DNA of 63,365 nt, filler included. It is 5 parts of 5 records of this genome, joined end to end, with 100 filler letters (N's around TTAATTAATTAA, not from the genome) between each part and the next. Parts side by side here need not be neighbours in the genome. Positions count along the whole stretch, not along the records: positions 1 to 6,149 come from SRR2962707_2421; positions 6,250 to 15,612 come from SRR2962707_2424; 3 more parts are not named here. One strand, written 5' to 3'. A model generated the notes under the pieces. The model was not told the DNA's origin. It searched no databases and saw nothing but the letters and a program-made list of their open reading frames with translations. Each line of letters opens with the position of its first letter. The stretch's first letter is position 1. Below are positions 1-11,126 of this stretch, piece after piece. Made by a program: the position numbers and the translations under genes.

Positions 1-30
1 CTCTTTCTCTCTCTCGCTCTCTCTCTCTCT
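1..30 (+). repeat. (CT)n microsatellite at contig start
   Basis: ctctttctctctctcgctctctctctctct, ending 20 nt upstream of the p24 ATG. Confidence 0.85.
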
Positions 31-50
31 GACCCGCGCACTTGCTCAAG

Positions 51-836
51 ATGAAATTTGTCGGCGCAAGCAGCTGGTCGTTGTTGTCGTTGTTGCTGCT
101 GCTGGGGCTGAGTTGTTTGTCCGTGCCCGTCTCTGGTGTCAACACTGACGATGGAAACGCAGAAGACGAGTATTACTACATGAGTTTCGACAGCGTGCTC
201 GACAGCGTGGAAGAAGTTTTCGACCCCTCGCATGTGTTGACCTTCACTGTCATGCCCCGGGAAAAGTTCTGCTTTTACGAAGAAATTACGGAGGAGGAAA
301 TCGCAGAGGCTCATTTGCAGCAGACCTCCTCCATTGAGGGAGCTCTTTTTGTGTCCGGCGGCCGCAACCGCGACGTCAACCTTGAGGTTTTCGGGCCTGA
401 TGCGGAGATTATCTACTCCTCGAAAGTCAAGAAGGAAGGTAGCTTCACTGTTGGTATGACGAAGGAGGGAACGTACGAGTTCTGTTTCTCCAATCAAATG
501 AGTCTCAAGTCCAGCAAGAAAGTCACCCTGGCGCTTCACTTTGAGAAGCCCAAGGCATCGCCGGAGCACTTGCAGACAGAAGATCTGCTCCCCATTGGAG
601 TCGCGTCAGATGCTGTTTACACGAAGTTGAACCAAGTCAACAAAGAGCTGCGCTTCCTACAGCTCCGCTACCAAGGCCTTAAGATGCAGCAGCTGCGGAC
701 ACTCAATGTGTCGACGCGCTTTGGCGTGCTTGAAGGTCTCGCAGTCATCGCTGTGGCCATTGCGCAAGTACTTTACATCCGCCACATCGTGTCTTCCTCG
801 CAACCTCTACTTGGTACGCACCGCACGGGGCGGTAA
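51..836 (+). CDS. p24/emp24/gp25L (TMED) family cargo receptor, eukaryotic
   Basis: ATG at 51. Signal peptide, GOLD-type domain with two Cys (KFCFYEE...GTYEFCFSNQMS), coiled-coil-like segment, C-terminal TM helix and short tail. The 3' end could be spliced, since donor-like GTACGC and GTAAGT sit near the stop. Confidence 0.88.
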   Translation: MKFVGASSWSLLSLLLLLGLSCLSVPVSGVNTDDGNAEDEYYYMSFDSVLDSVEEVFDPSHVLTFTVMPREKFCFYEEITEEEIAEAHLQQTSSIEGALFVSGGRNRDVNLEVFGPDAEIIYSSKVKKEGSFTVGMTKEGTYEFCFSNQMSLKSSKKVTLALHFEKPKASPEHLQTEDLLPIGVASDAVYTKLNQVNKELRFLQLRYQGLKMQQLRTLNVSTRFGVLEGLAVIAVAIAQVLYIRHIVSSSQPLLGTHRTGR

Positions 837-1016
837 GTGGTAAGTAAGCAGCAGTACTCGTTTCGTCACATGGCGACATGAAGCCGGAAGACATGGGCAG
901 CTCACCAATCAGCGCACGGCTATTTCCCTTGTGTTGTAAACGGAAAGGAGGCAAATAAGTGTTACGTAATGTTTTAACCAAACTCCCTTTCTATCATGCC
1001 TCACGAGTCGAAGACT

Positions 1017-4000
1017 TCACACTGAGCCACGAGCGCGGAAATCAGCTGGCAGTCGCAACCCTGCTGTGATCTCGTCCACGCAGGCCATTCGAACTCGTTC
1101 GGCAGATGCGGGGCTGTCCAATCGGAACCAAGTCGCCTCACCTTTCGACTCAGCCTGAGCAGCTGCAATAGCTTGGCGGGCCGCAAAGAAGGCAGATGCA
1201 GCAAGGAAAAACGGTGGTTCTCCAACTGCCTTGGAGGAGTGAATGGTGCGAGGGTTGGGCGAGTCGTCCAGCAGGCGCACCTGGAAGCGGTGGGGCAAAT
1301 CGCCGAACGATGGAATCTTGTACATCCCTGGTCCAGCCGTAAACAACTGTCCAGGTCGAACCCACGGGTGTTCCGAGTCACCCCAGATGAGTTCCTCCAT
1401 GGTGAAGAGGCCAAGGCCTTGAATGAAAGCACCTTCCACCTGCCCAATGTCGACCGCACTGTTGAGACTGCAGAGATACATTCAACACACACCACAGCAA
1501 CGGTGAGCGTACACGCAACCCGCAAAACAACCAACCGCAGAAATCGCGAAAATATAAACAAGAACACGCAGAGCGACACGAATTGTTGCAACCAGCTTGT
1601 CAATATAGATGCACCTGTTGCCCACATCCATCACAACACTGGCGTGCACAACGCTCATGTCCCCGGTTAGAACATCAATTTCCACTTCACAGCATGCTGC
1701 GCCCTCGCTGAAATAGTTGAAAGGTGCGAATGCCTTCTGTCCTTCTTGTGATGGAGGCTGTGTCTCGGACCACGCGTATTGCTGCGTGGGAGACACACAG
1801 AAACCTGTAGCCGACAATGGCACCCTGTGGAAGTAGGCCTATTGAAGAGCACAAAGGGGGCGGCACTCAGATCAGAAACAGCAACTTTGTGTGTCAAGTG
1901 CATCATGCGTCCAGCAAAGGTACAGGCAGGACAAGCGCAGAAGATGAACTGCGAGCGTACCGCATTCACCACCGCCTTGAAGTAGTCATCGTTGCGAAGG
2001 TCACCCCGCTCCTGAGCTGCAGTACGCAGACCATCCAACTTTTCACGAAGCACAGCATCAGAAGACCCCTCAGGTGCCTCTGAAAGGCTCTGGTGAAACT
2101 TTTCCAGACGCTCTTTAATTGTCTCGCATGCTTGCAGAACAGCCATCCCATACAGATCGCTGCTTGCCGATGCAGCAGAGGGGCTGCTATTCGGGACCTG
2201 TCAAAGCGTTCGAAAAGGTAAGACACCGTATACACGACACCAAAAAAATCACATCCAAGTGGCTCTAGTCTGCGACGCATACCTTGTCTGTGGCGGTTTC
2301 AGCAACATGCACAGTCGCAATATCGACCTCGAATGCCCGAGCTGCAATTTGCGTCATCTTCGTGTGCAGTCCTTGACCCATCTCAACACCACCATGAGTG
2401 ACGAGCACACTTCCATCAATGTATACATGCACCAAAGCACCTCCTTGGTTCATGAAGTTTGCCCCGAAAGCAATTCCAAACTTGGTCGGCAAAATCGCCT
2501 GCAACCAACATGCACACCCAGTGGAGCCACAACGGAAAATTAATCGATGAGAGCCACTGGTGTTGACTCGAGCTGACAAACAGTCAACAGCCAGAAACAC
2601 GAACCGTTCCCCGCTTCCGCCAACGGTGAGCCTTGTTGAACTCTGCAACAGATGCCTGACGAGCGGGCCAATCGGCCAAGTCTTTAACTTGTGTCCAAAG
2701 CCTGGACAGCTGGGTCTTCTGCACTGGCATCTGATATGGTGTGACATCACCTTCGGTGTACATGTTGCGACCTCGAAGATCGTCGGCAGCAAGGCCAAGT
2801 GCTGTCGCAAGATGCTCAATAGCTGTTTCACCGACAAGCATGCCTAAGCGCACGTAAACGAAACGCAAGCAGACAATGCAGCGTTAGAAGAAGTCATGAC
2901 GCAGCAAGCAACGACGAAGGCTGCACATTCGACTGTATTACCTTGCGGTCCACCGAAACCGCGGAATGCGGTATTGGTCGGCAGATTTGTTCTGCAGATG
3001 CGCCCCGTCGTGTGCAAAGCTGGCCATTTGTAAGCATTGTCTACGTGGAAGAGGGCGCGTTCCAGCACACCGCGCGACAGATCGAAACTGTAACCTCCAT
3101 TGGAGAATCTACACGCACACAAGGTTATGATCCACAGCGTATCATAAAAGCGCTCGATCAACAGCTGTCCATATCTTGTCACATGTCATCCACGAGAACT
3201 CACAGATCGATTTTGGCAGCCAGAAGCTTTCCCGTAGAGCGGCGCGCAGCGGCTTTGTAGCGCCCGAAAAACGGGTGACGCCCTCCTGAAATCTTCATAT
3301 CCTCGTCACGGTCAAGCATAATGTTCACGGGGTGATCCAGTTTTTGGGCCGCAAGTGCCACAGCAGCAGCAATCCCTGATGCGCGGGTCTCTTTGCCGCC
3401 GAATCCACCTCCGAGCCGCTTGACCTAAAGATACAGCAGACGGAGGCATGCCAAGCGCAGGTGCACAACAAATCGGCGTCGTGCGTTAGTCATGCACACT
3501 TAATAGCACGAAAGGGCGTTCAAAAATGTGAAACAGTGTTGACAGGGTGTGCAAGACGTAGAACTTGCTTGCACGGTCACTTTGTGGAATGGAATGCCCA
3601 AAAGCTTGTGCACAGCCTCTTGCGTCCCCTTGGGCGCTTGCGTTGACGAAAGAATGTGCATTTCCTTCGTTCCGTCTTCGCCAGGAATGGCACATGTGGC
3701 CTGGGTTTCGAGATAAAAGTGCTCCTGCCCACCGATCCGGACCTCTCCTTCCACCACCACAATGTCTTCATCTCCATCTGATGCTGCCTTGAACGCAGAA
3801 TCGACGTCTCCATCTCGAATGTGAATGGCGTCACCATGAAAACTGTCAGCCTCAATAGCATCTTGGATTGTAAATACGCCCTTGCGTTCTGTCTGCTCGT
3901 AGGTGACCTTGACGGCTGCAGCCGCCGCCAACGCTTGGCGGCGGGTGGTTGCTACCACTACGCCCAGAATGCGCCCGGTGCACTCCACTGGCTTGTTCAG

Positions 4001-6149
4001 TGGCATGAAAATCGTCTCATCTTGGATAATCTCACCAGCGGTGTTGGAACCACCAGCAGGAATGTCCGAAGCGTCCACCCATCCTTTGACACCTTCCATT
4101 TCCAGTGCTGCCGATGGATCCACACCAAGTACGCTCGCAACAGCGCGGTCCGTGTACACGAAAGCAGCCTGAAAAGCAGTTTCGCGTCTCTTGGCGACAA
4201 CATCGTCGGTGTAGAGCGCCTCGCCTGTGCATTGAAGTAGAGCTGAGCGATGCATGATAGGCTTGCCAACAAGCCCTCGGGACGCTTCTGCATCTGCGAC
4301 TGGGACTGGAGCAACCTTACCCTCCGCTGCTGCTGCAACCGCCACAGCAGCTGCGGCAGCTGCACCTCCGCCTGCACCTGCTCCTGTAGCTTTAGTCGCA
4401 GTGGTGGTCATAAGCCCACCCGTGCAAACGCTGCTATGCTGTTGTTCCGACGTGCTACCTGCATGATGCAAAAGATTGTGACCCGCAGAGACTTCCGTCG
4501 GATCTACGGTGTCCTGGGGTGGTTCTTTCGCCCCGCTCAGTTCCGCGCGTACACGCACAAAGAACTTGAAAAGAAATGAGGCAGCTAGCGTCATGCGGTA
4601 CTCCGGACGACCACCAGGAACACCAGCAGGTAGGTCGAAGTCATAGTCGCGGGCAATTTTTCCAAGCTGGTGCCGAGCTTCTGCCGTGGTCAGTTCTGCT
4701 AACGTTTTGCCGCGACAGAATGCTTCTGCATGCTCTGCACGTTTCACCAGAGGTGCCATGCCACTGAACATGAAGGTGCAATCACGGACAGTTGCCGACG
4801 CCGTGCTGTCCAGGCGTAATCGCAGACCAGCGCCACAGATGGCAATATCATCTTCGCGGCGTTGTCCTTGCTTGAAACTGCCGACAAAATCGAGTTCCGA
4901 CGAGCCCAATGGCAATCGAATTGAAACCACGAGTTCATCAGGACCGCAGTCCACTTTGCGATAGCCTTTGAAAAACTCTGCGAGCGCCACACGTCTGCGT
5001 TTGACACTTTGCGTGGCTGAGTCGAACTGCGCCAATTCCACACTCGCGCCCATTGCAACGAGAACATGGCATGTGTCGGATATCGGGCTCGCAGTGACGA
5101 TGTTTCCTGCCAGCGTGGCAGCGTTGCGGATTTGCGTTGACGCAAACCATTGCAGCATGTCTCGGAGTGCAGCTAGCGGTCGGCATTGGTAGGCTGGTCG
5201 GGGGCCGTCAATCTCCGCTGTCAATGCCTCTTTCAGGGTTGACAGTGTCGTGGCCCCGCCAACATCCATATAGCCGCTGTGGGCAGTCCCGTCGGAGGTG
5301 CCAGGTTCCACGACGGTCAGTTCCCTTAGCTCGGGAACACCTTTCGTGAAGATCAGCACGGGGGATTGCATTTTGCGGAACTTGGCATCAACACCAACCT
5401 CCGTGTTGCCAGCAACAAGTTTGCCATCGGCCCCATGCTCAGCCTTGACACGGCAAGCCTCCTCCAACGTCGTTGGGCGATGCCAGACTGCTCGTGCAGG
5501 GCCTGGACCAGTGTCTGGACGGCCCTCACCCAGCACCTTCGTTGTCGCAGAGTCTTTCTGCGCCAGTGCCGCGGCGTATTCGCGAAGTTCGTCAGGAAAC
5601 GCGACCGCATCGTCAATGCGTGCCGAAGCGCCCTCGGCTCCAGCAAAAGTCCGTGCAGCTGCAAGAATCGGTCGGTAGCCCGTGCAGCGGCACAAGTTCC
5701 CGTCCATGGCCGCGTCAATATCCCCCTCAGAGAGAACCTCCGAGGTTTGCAAGCGGGCAAAGAGTGCCATTACGATTCCCGGGGTACAGAACCCGCACTG
5801 TGACCCGTGGCACGAAGACACGCGGTCTTGCACGGGGTGTGGCTTGGAAGACGTTCCAATGCCGTCCACTGTAAACACCGCCGTTCCGTCAGTAGCGCAG
5901 AGTGGGAAGAGGCACGCGTTCACTGCCTCGTGCCGCACAGCCTGGGAGTCGTCATCCCAGCGAGCGATGTTGACCGTGCAAGCCCCGCAGCCACCCTCCG
6001 CACAACCGAGTTTTGCGCCAGTGACCCCCTGGCTACGAATGAACTCGAGCAGAGTAACTTCGGGCTGCACATCCTGCGTCGAAACTTCTACACGTTGGCC
6101 GTTCAAGTAAAACAGAAGCGAAGAAGAAGACGACGACGAAGACGAAGAA
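1017..6149 (-). CDS. XDH: Xanthine dehydrogenase, eukaryotic, 8 exons, 5' truncated by contig end
   Basis: Manually spliced exons (minus): >6149-3569, 3424-3204, 3108-2942, 2843-2605, 2498-2283, 2197-1961, 1838-1615, 1467-1017; all phases join in frame. Motifs: 2Fe-2S ([25 protein letters not shown]), FAD ([11 protein letters not shown]), Moco ([44 protein letters not shown]). Glu802/Arg880/Glu1261 equivalents are present, favouring XDH over aldehyde oxidase. Confidence 0.93.
3425..3568 (-). other. Spliceosomal intron 1 of XDH, probable GC-AG intron
   Basis: CAA|GCAAGT...TCTTTAG|GTC gives [20 protein letters not shown], matching the spacing of the conserved XDH motif. Confidence 0.7.
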
Positions 6150-6249
6150 NNNNNNNNNNNNNNNNNNNNNNNNNNNNNNNNNNNNNNNNNNNNTTAATTA
6201 ATTAANNNNNNNNNNNNNNNNNNNNNNNNNNNNNNNNNNNNNNNNNNNN
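6150..6249. other. Artificial contig spacer
   Basis: N-run with central TTAATTAATTAA (stops in all six frames), 100 nt. Confidence 0.98.
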
Positions 6250-7443
6250 CCACTCCCAGGCTTCCGGGTTGATTGGCTCACCCACAGAGCCCAGCAGTTT
6301 CAGGCTGCTACGGGTGGTGCCGTCCATGCAGGACTCACCCTGCGCCATCAATGCGCGGATAGCGGTCGGTGCAGTATACAGGATGTTGACCTTGTGCTTG
6401 TCGACCACCTGCCCCATGCGGGAACTGTCCGGATAGTTGGGCACACCCTCGAACAGCAGAGTGATGGCACCGTTTGCCAGCGGGCCATAGAGAATGTAGC
6501 TGTGGCCGGTTACCCAACCGAAGTCAGCGGTACACCAGTAAACATCACCATCGTGATAGTCAAACACGTACTGGTGGGTCATGGAGGCATAGACCATGTA
6601 GCCACCGGTGGTGTGCAGAACGCCTTTTGGCGCGCCGGTAGAGCCCGAGGTGTACAGCATGAACAGCGGGTCTTCCGCATTCATTGGCTCTGGCTGACAC
6701 TCGGCCGAGGCGTTCTTCATCAGGTCTTCGTAACGCAGGTCGCGGCCTTCGGTCCAGGGCACCTGATCGTTACCGGTGCGAGACACCACGATCACCTTGT
6801 CGACCTTGGCGTCGTCCTCATGCTTGAGGGCGGAATCCACGTTCTTCTTCAGTGGGATGGCACGGCCACCACGCAGACCTTCATCTGCGGTAATTACAAA
6901 ACGGGATTTGCCGTTCACAATCCGTGCGGCCAGAGCTTCCGGAGAGAAGCCACCAAACACCACAGAGTGGATCGCACCAATACGTGCGCAGGCCAGCATG
7001 GCAACGGCAGTTTCAACAATCATGGGCATGTAGATGGTAACCACATCACCCTTTTTGACACCCTGATCCTTGAGCACGTTGGCAAACTTGCAGGTCTCTT
7101 CGTAGAGCTCCCGGTAGGTGACATTCCGGGATACCGAGGGATCGTCCCCCTCAAAGATGATCGCGGTCTGATCGCCCCGCTGTTCCAGGTGACGGTCCAG
7201 GCAGTTGGCCGAAGCGTTCAGGACACCGTCCTCGAACCATTTGATGGACAAGTTATTGTAATCGTAGGTACTGTTCTTGACCTTGGTGAACGGCTTGATC
7301 CAGTCAATACGCTTGCCATGCTCGCCCCAGAAGGTATTCGGGTCCTCTACGGACTGGCGATACATTTCCTCATATTGCGATTTGTTGACCAGTGCGCGCT
7401 CGGCGACCTCCGGACTTACCGGATATACCTGCTTGTCAGTCAT
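6250..7443 (-). CDS. acs: Acetyl-CoA synthetase (3' truncated)
   Basis: [14 protein letters not shown]-binding loop, [28 protein letters not shown]. Confidence 0.96.
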
Positions 7444-7564
7444 TGTGCTCCCCCTTGATCTGAGTCTGTTGTCATTGTCGGTTTTTAAATTCAGGGTGGT
7501 CGGGCATTTTTCGCCCGCAAGACAGATGCCTGTAGTTCAACATGTGTGCCACCGCACAATGAAT

Positions 7565-7579
7565 TAGACTAACGTCCTA
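7565..7579. promoter_or_regulatory. Candidate CrbR/ErdR-type operator upstream of acs
   Basis: TAGAC-TAAC-GTCCTA contains GAC-N4-GTC, ~125 bp upstream of the acs ATG; motif recalled for CrbS/R-regulated acs promoters. Confidence 0.55.
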
Positions 7580-7704
7580 AGATGCCCGGCAATTAGGGGC
7601 AACCTGCTCAGAAATGCAGCGATAAGGGCAGGGACGGGCCACTACCAGGTAATACTCGCAAGGATAGTTTACCCGCAGGAAATGACCAAAACAGACGGAA
7701 GAAA

Positions 7705-7732
7705 CCGGGGCAGAAGCGCTTTCCTGCCCCGG
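7705..7732 (-). terminator. Probable intrinsic terminator of the far gene
   Basis: CCGGGGCAG...CTGCCCCGG stem just after the stop, followed by TTTCTT on the minus strand. Confidence 0.6.
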
Positions 7733-7741
7733 CGACGTTTT

Positions 7742-9283
7742 TCAGGCTGCTTTTTTACGCTGGCGCGCGGTTTTCAGGCTGTACACCTTTCGTTCTTTCA
7801 GGGCATAGCGATTGAGCCCGGCCAGGTGAATCTTGCGCAGGTAGAGTTCCCAGTCAATGAGGCGGGCATCCACCGGGAACAGCCCTTTATCGACCTCACC
7901 CATCCGGTTCGCCAGCGCCATCAGCTCATCGTTGCGGAAGATATAATCCGGCGCGGTGTAGAAACCAAAAATGGTTGCCAGCGACTGGGTGGTGTCCAGG
8001 TTCCTGAGCATTTTCAGGTCCCGGGAATTTCCCAGTAATTTGAGCACACGGTCCGTCAGGGAGAGCGGTAAGCGAACACCGCTGATCACCAAATCAAACA
8101 GCGCCCGGTTAACCGCCAGAAACGGCTTGCTGGGCTGCCGGTAGAACAGGTGATCGTAGGCAGCGTAATTGGCTTTTGATTCCGCCATGAGATGGTCGAT
8201 GAACTCACCCAGGGAGATTGGATTGCCGCCCCCGCTGCAACACTGATAGATGCGGCGCCGACCGGGTTCTCCAAGAGCTTCCGCCAGGGAAAGGATGATG
8301 GAGTTGGCCACCAGGTCCACTGGAATCACATCGATGATACCGGAGCGTTTGCCCGGGAACAGGGTCACTTTTTCCCGTGCGTAAGCCAGGATGATGGCAT
8401 CTGCCACCTTCACCCCCTCAATCCAGCCGGGTGCCGGCTCCTCCAGGGCACTTTCGATAATCGAAGGACGCAGAATGGTCAGGGTGCGCCCGCTTAACGC
8501 CTTCATCAGCAACTGTTCGCCCAGCCACTTGGTAAAGGTGTAGGTATCGCTCCAGCCATAGCGGTTGGCTTCCCGAATTCCCAGGTCCACCAGCTTCTTC
8601 TCCAGCACCTTGCCGGAATAACGGGCCTGAACGTCTTCAATTTTATCCTGCAGCAGGCGAACGAGCTCTTCTATCTCATAGTAGCCGTCCGGGGAACGCG
8701 GCACGACCTCGCCTGCCGGCTTGATCACCGATTCGGTGACCTGCCCCGAGTTCATGCCATTGACATAGCAGGTGGAGACCTGCAAGACCGCAAGCTTCGG
8801 GTTCAAATCCACCAGGCCGGCAATATTCCGAAGGCACAGGGTGTTGATGGCCAGCGCCTTGTCGAGCTCTTCACGGAAATTCACGCTTGCAGCGGAGTTG
8901 ATCACCGCATCCAGTTCGGTGGCGAGATTGCGATAGTCTTCCTGCCCTATCCCGAAACCCACTTCGGTCACCTCACCGGTCACGCAGTGAATGCGCTCTT
9001 CCAGAAAGGCGTCAAATGCCTCTGAATCGGCCTCGCGAAGACGGTCAAACACCGAGGACGTGGCAATTTCTTCCAGGAAACGGGAACGAGCATCCGGGTG
9101 CCGTTTATTGCCCCGGATCAGCAGGTAAATAGCGCCGATATCAGGCACCGCCCGAATCAGCTTTTCGAGGACCACCTTGCCCAGAAAGCCGGTGGTACCG
9201 GTGATCAGAACCCGCTTACCGCGTAGCTGTCCGAGCACCTTTGATGATGAAGTGTCAGCGTGATGTACCTGCTGTATTGCCAT
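7742..9283 (-). CDS. far: Alcohol-forming fatty acyl-CoA reductase (Maqu_2220-like, wax ester pathway)
   Basis: ITGTTGFLGKV NAD(P)H motif, YTFTK catalytic motif, LRPSII, DVIPVD; 513 aa and near-identical to my recollection of the Marinobacter enzyme. Confidence 0.93.
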   Translation of the reverse strand: MAIQQVHHADTSSSKVLGQLRGKRVLITGTTGFLGKVVLEKLIRAVPDIGAIYLLIRGNKRHPDARSRFLEEIATSSVFDRLREADSEAFDAFLEERIHCVTGEVTEVGFGIGQEDYRNLATELDAVINSAASVNFREELDKALAINTLCLRNIAGLVDLNPKLAVLQVSTCYVNGMNSGQVTESVIKPAGEVVPRSPDGYYEIEELVRLLQDKIEDVQARYSGKVLEKKLVDLGIREANRYGWSDTYTFTKWLGEQLLMKALSGRTLTILRPSIIESALEEPAPGWIEGVKVADAIILAYAREKVTLFPGKRSGIIDVIPVDLVANSIILSLAEALGEPGRRRIYQCCSGGGNPISLGEFIDHLMAESKANYAAYDHLFYRQPSKPFLAVNRALFDLVISGVRLPLSLTDRVLKLLGNSRDLKMLRNLDTTQSLATIFGFYTAPDYIFRNDELMALANRMGEVDKGLFPVDARLIDWELYLRKIHLAGLNRYALKERKVYSLKTARQRKKAA

Positions 9284-9552
9284 GATAGAACTCCTTCTCT
9301 GAGATCACTAATGCCGATCTGACGCCGGCCAGTACTGTGCGGGCGGGGCACATCCCTTTCCCCGTCGTCACTGATTCCCTGTTGCAACCGCCTGTCAGAG
9401 TGCCTGCATATTGCGGGCCACGAGCCACGATATCGGTCAATTCTCACACAACGAACGTGACAGCACGGTGACAGACTGCAAAATTACGACACAAAAAACG
9501 CTAATAAAATGACAATTAAAAAGGCACATGGATCGACCCTGAAACGGCTGCC

Positions 9553-10878
9553 TCATGAGCCCGTTCGGTCTTTGCCCGCCAGCGCCCGCAGCAGGTCGTC
9601 CAGTGAGACATTGGCCGGTTTTTCCCGCAGGGCGCGTACCAGTTGCTCCTGCTCACCGAAACTGACCCGGTCATACAGAGGGCCCTCAAGGCTGTGATGA
9701 ACCGCCTGAGAGGGGGGCTGGTCACTCGGCGGTGGTGCCAACTCATCTGACAAATGCCGCAAATGACGGGCAAGACTGGCGCGATCGCGAGTCGGCAGCT
9801 TATCCCAGTTCATGGCGGCGAGACTGGTCTGAATGATCTCCACCGTGTCGGCATCGGGACTGCGCCCCAACAGTGCAAACAGCCGTGTAAATGCTTCATA
9901 TCTGAGCATGACATCGTCGGGTACCGATATCATGGCCTTTTCTAGTTGTGCGATCAGATCCAGACAATGCTGCCGGCTGCTTTTATCCGCCCCACTGTTC
10001 TGACCATTACCTGCGTCCGCCTCAGTGGCGCGTTTGGCGGCCCGGTACCAATAAGCGGCGATCCCCGCCTTTCTTGGGGGCAGTCGGCCAACATGAACGT
10101 TCAGCATCTCCGCCAGGGAGTGAAACTGCCGACAGGAGGGGTCCGAAGCCGGCAGCACCGTCACCGGCATCTGGTCCAGCACTGACTGACGCAGAGTTTC
10201 ATCACGCCAGAGCCCGCCCAGATAATGCAGCGACCATTGCAGATGGCGCTGACAGGCACCATTAAAACGCTGAAACACAGAGCGCGCCTGACTGGCCCCC
10301 TGCGCCATATTAACGATCACTGCCGGAGTCCGGCGGTAGCCGCGGCGTTTGAGTACCTTCATCAGAGAAAAAGCGTCGGTTAGTGAGGCCGGATCAGGCG
10401 TGACAACCAGACAGGCCAGCTCGGCAGCAGCAATCATATGCAAGCCCACCGACTGTAAACCCGACGCCGTATCGATAATAACGGTGTCGTAGCGGTTCTC
10501 AAGCTCATGCAGTGCCCGCAGAACAGCCAGACCGCCCTGCTCCGACATCTCCATACAGCTCTGCACACCGGATGCACCTGGGATCAGATCCAGCCCGGCG
10601 TAGGTGGTCATGATAATATCCTGCATGGCGCATCGCCCCGCCACCACATCGGCAAGCGTGCGCTGAGGGTAGACACCTACCATAATGCTGACGTTGGCAA
10701 GGTCGGTATCACCATCCAGCAGAAGCACCTTCTGGCCCTGCTCGGACAGAGCAATGGCCAGGTTCAGCGCCACCGTGGTCTTGCCAACACCGCCCTTTCC
10801 GCCCGTAATGGCAATGGTTCGGGTCTGGCGCGATTTTTGCGCTGGGTTCTGGCTTTGTGTCTGCTTGGGGACTTCCAT
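9553..10878 (-). CDS. MinD/FleN(FlhG)-like ATPase with long C-terminal extension
   Basis: Deviant Walker A GKGGVGKT, LDGDTDLAN, IIDTASG, VTPDPASLTDAF; ~160 extra C-terminal residues. Confidence 0.85.
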   Translation of the reverse strand: MEVPKQTQSQNPAQKSRQTRTIAITGGKGGVGKTTVALNLAIALSEQGQKVLLLDGDTDLANVSIMVGVYPQRTLADVVAGRCAMQDIIMTTYAGLDLIPGASGVQSCMEMSEQGGLAVLRALHELENRYDTVIIDTASGLQSVGLHMIAAAELACLVVTPDPASLTDAFSLMKVLKRRGYRRTPAVIVNMAQGASQARSVFQRFNGACQRHLQWSLHYLGGLWRDETLRQSVLDQMPVTVLPASDPSCRQFHSLAEMLNVHVGRLPPRKAGIAAYWYRAAKRATEADAGNGQNSGADKSSRQHCLDLIAQLEKAMISVPDDVMLRYEAFTRLFALLGRSPDADTVEIIQTSLAAMNWDKLPTRDRASLARHLRHLSDELAPPPSDQPPSQAVHHSLEGPLYDRVSFGEQEQLVRALREKPANVSLDDLLRALAGKDRTGS

Positions 10879-11126
10879 GAAAAACAGCCTGGACGCTTAA
10901 ACTTGTCACTATAAGCGACATTTTAACCTGTAAAAAGGGTACACATATCACAGGCCGGATGATAGATTGCTTAAAAAAGCACCAATAAGTATTTAATAGT
11001 GACGGATTATTGTCTAAGCTCAGGGACCAACAAGAAGAATGAACACCCTGTCATATTATTTCAATACAGAACAGGGAAGCTTGCGCACGGCCATTAGCGG
11101 ACCGCGCAGGACCAAAGGGGCGTGCC

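Noticed and set aside
1017-3500. Fragmented XDH ORFs read as a pseudogene or frameshifts
   Set aside because: Every break is explained by an intron with splice sites and consistent phase.
6150-6249. TTAATTAATTAA palindrome recurring four times as a biological repeat
   Set aside because: Always embedded in N runs of identical length; it is an all-frame stop linker added during concatenation.
1-7443. Eukaryote-to-bacterium gene transfer of XDH or p24
   Set aside because: The eukaryotic and bacterial genes are on different contigs separated by a spacer.
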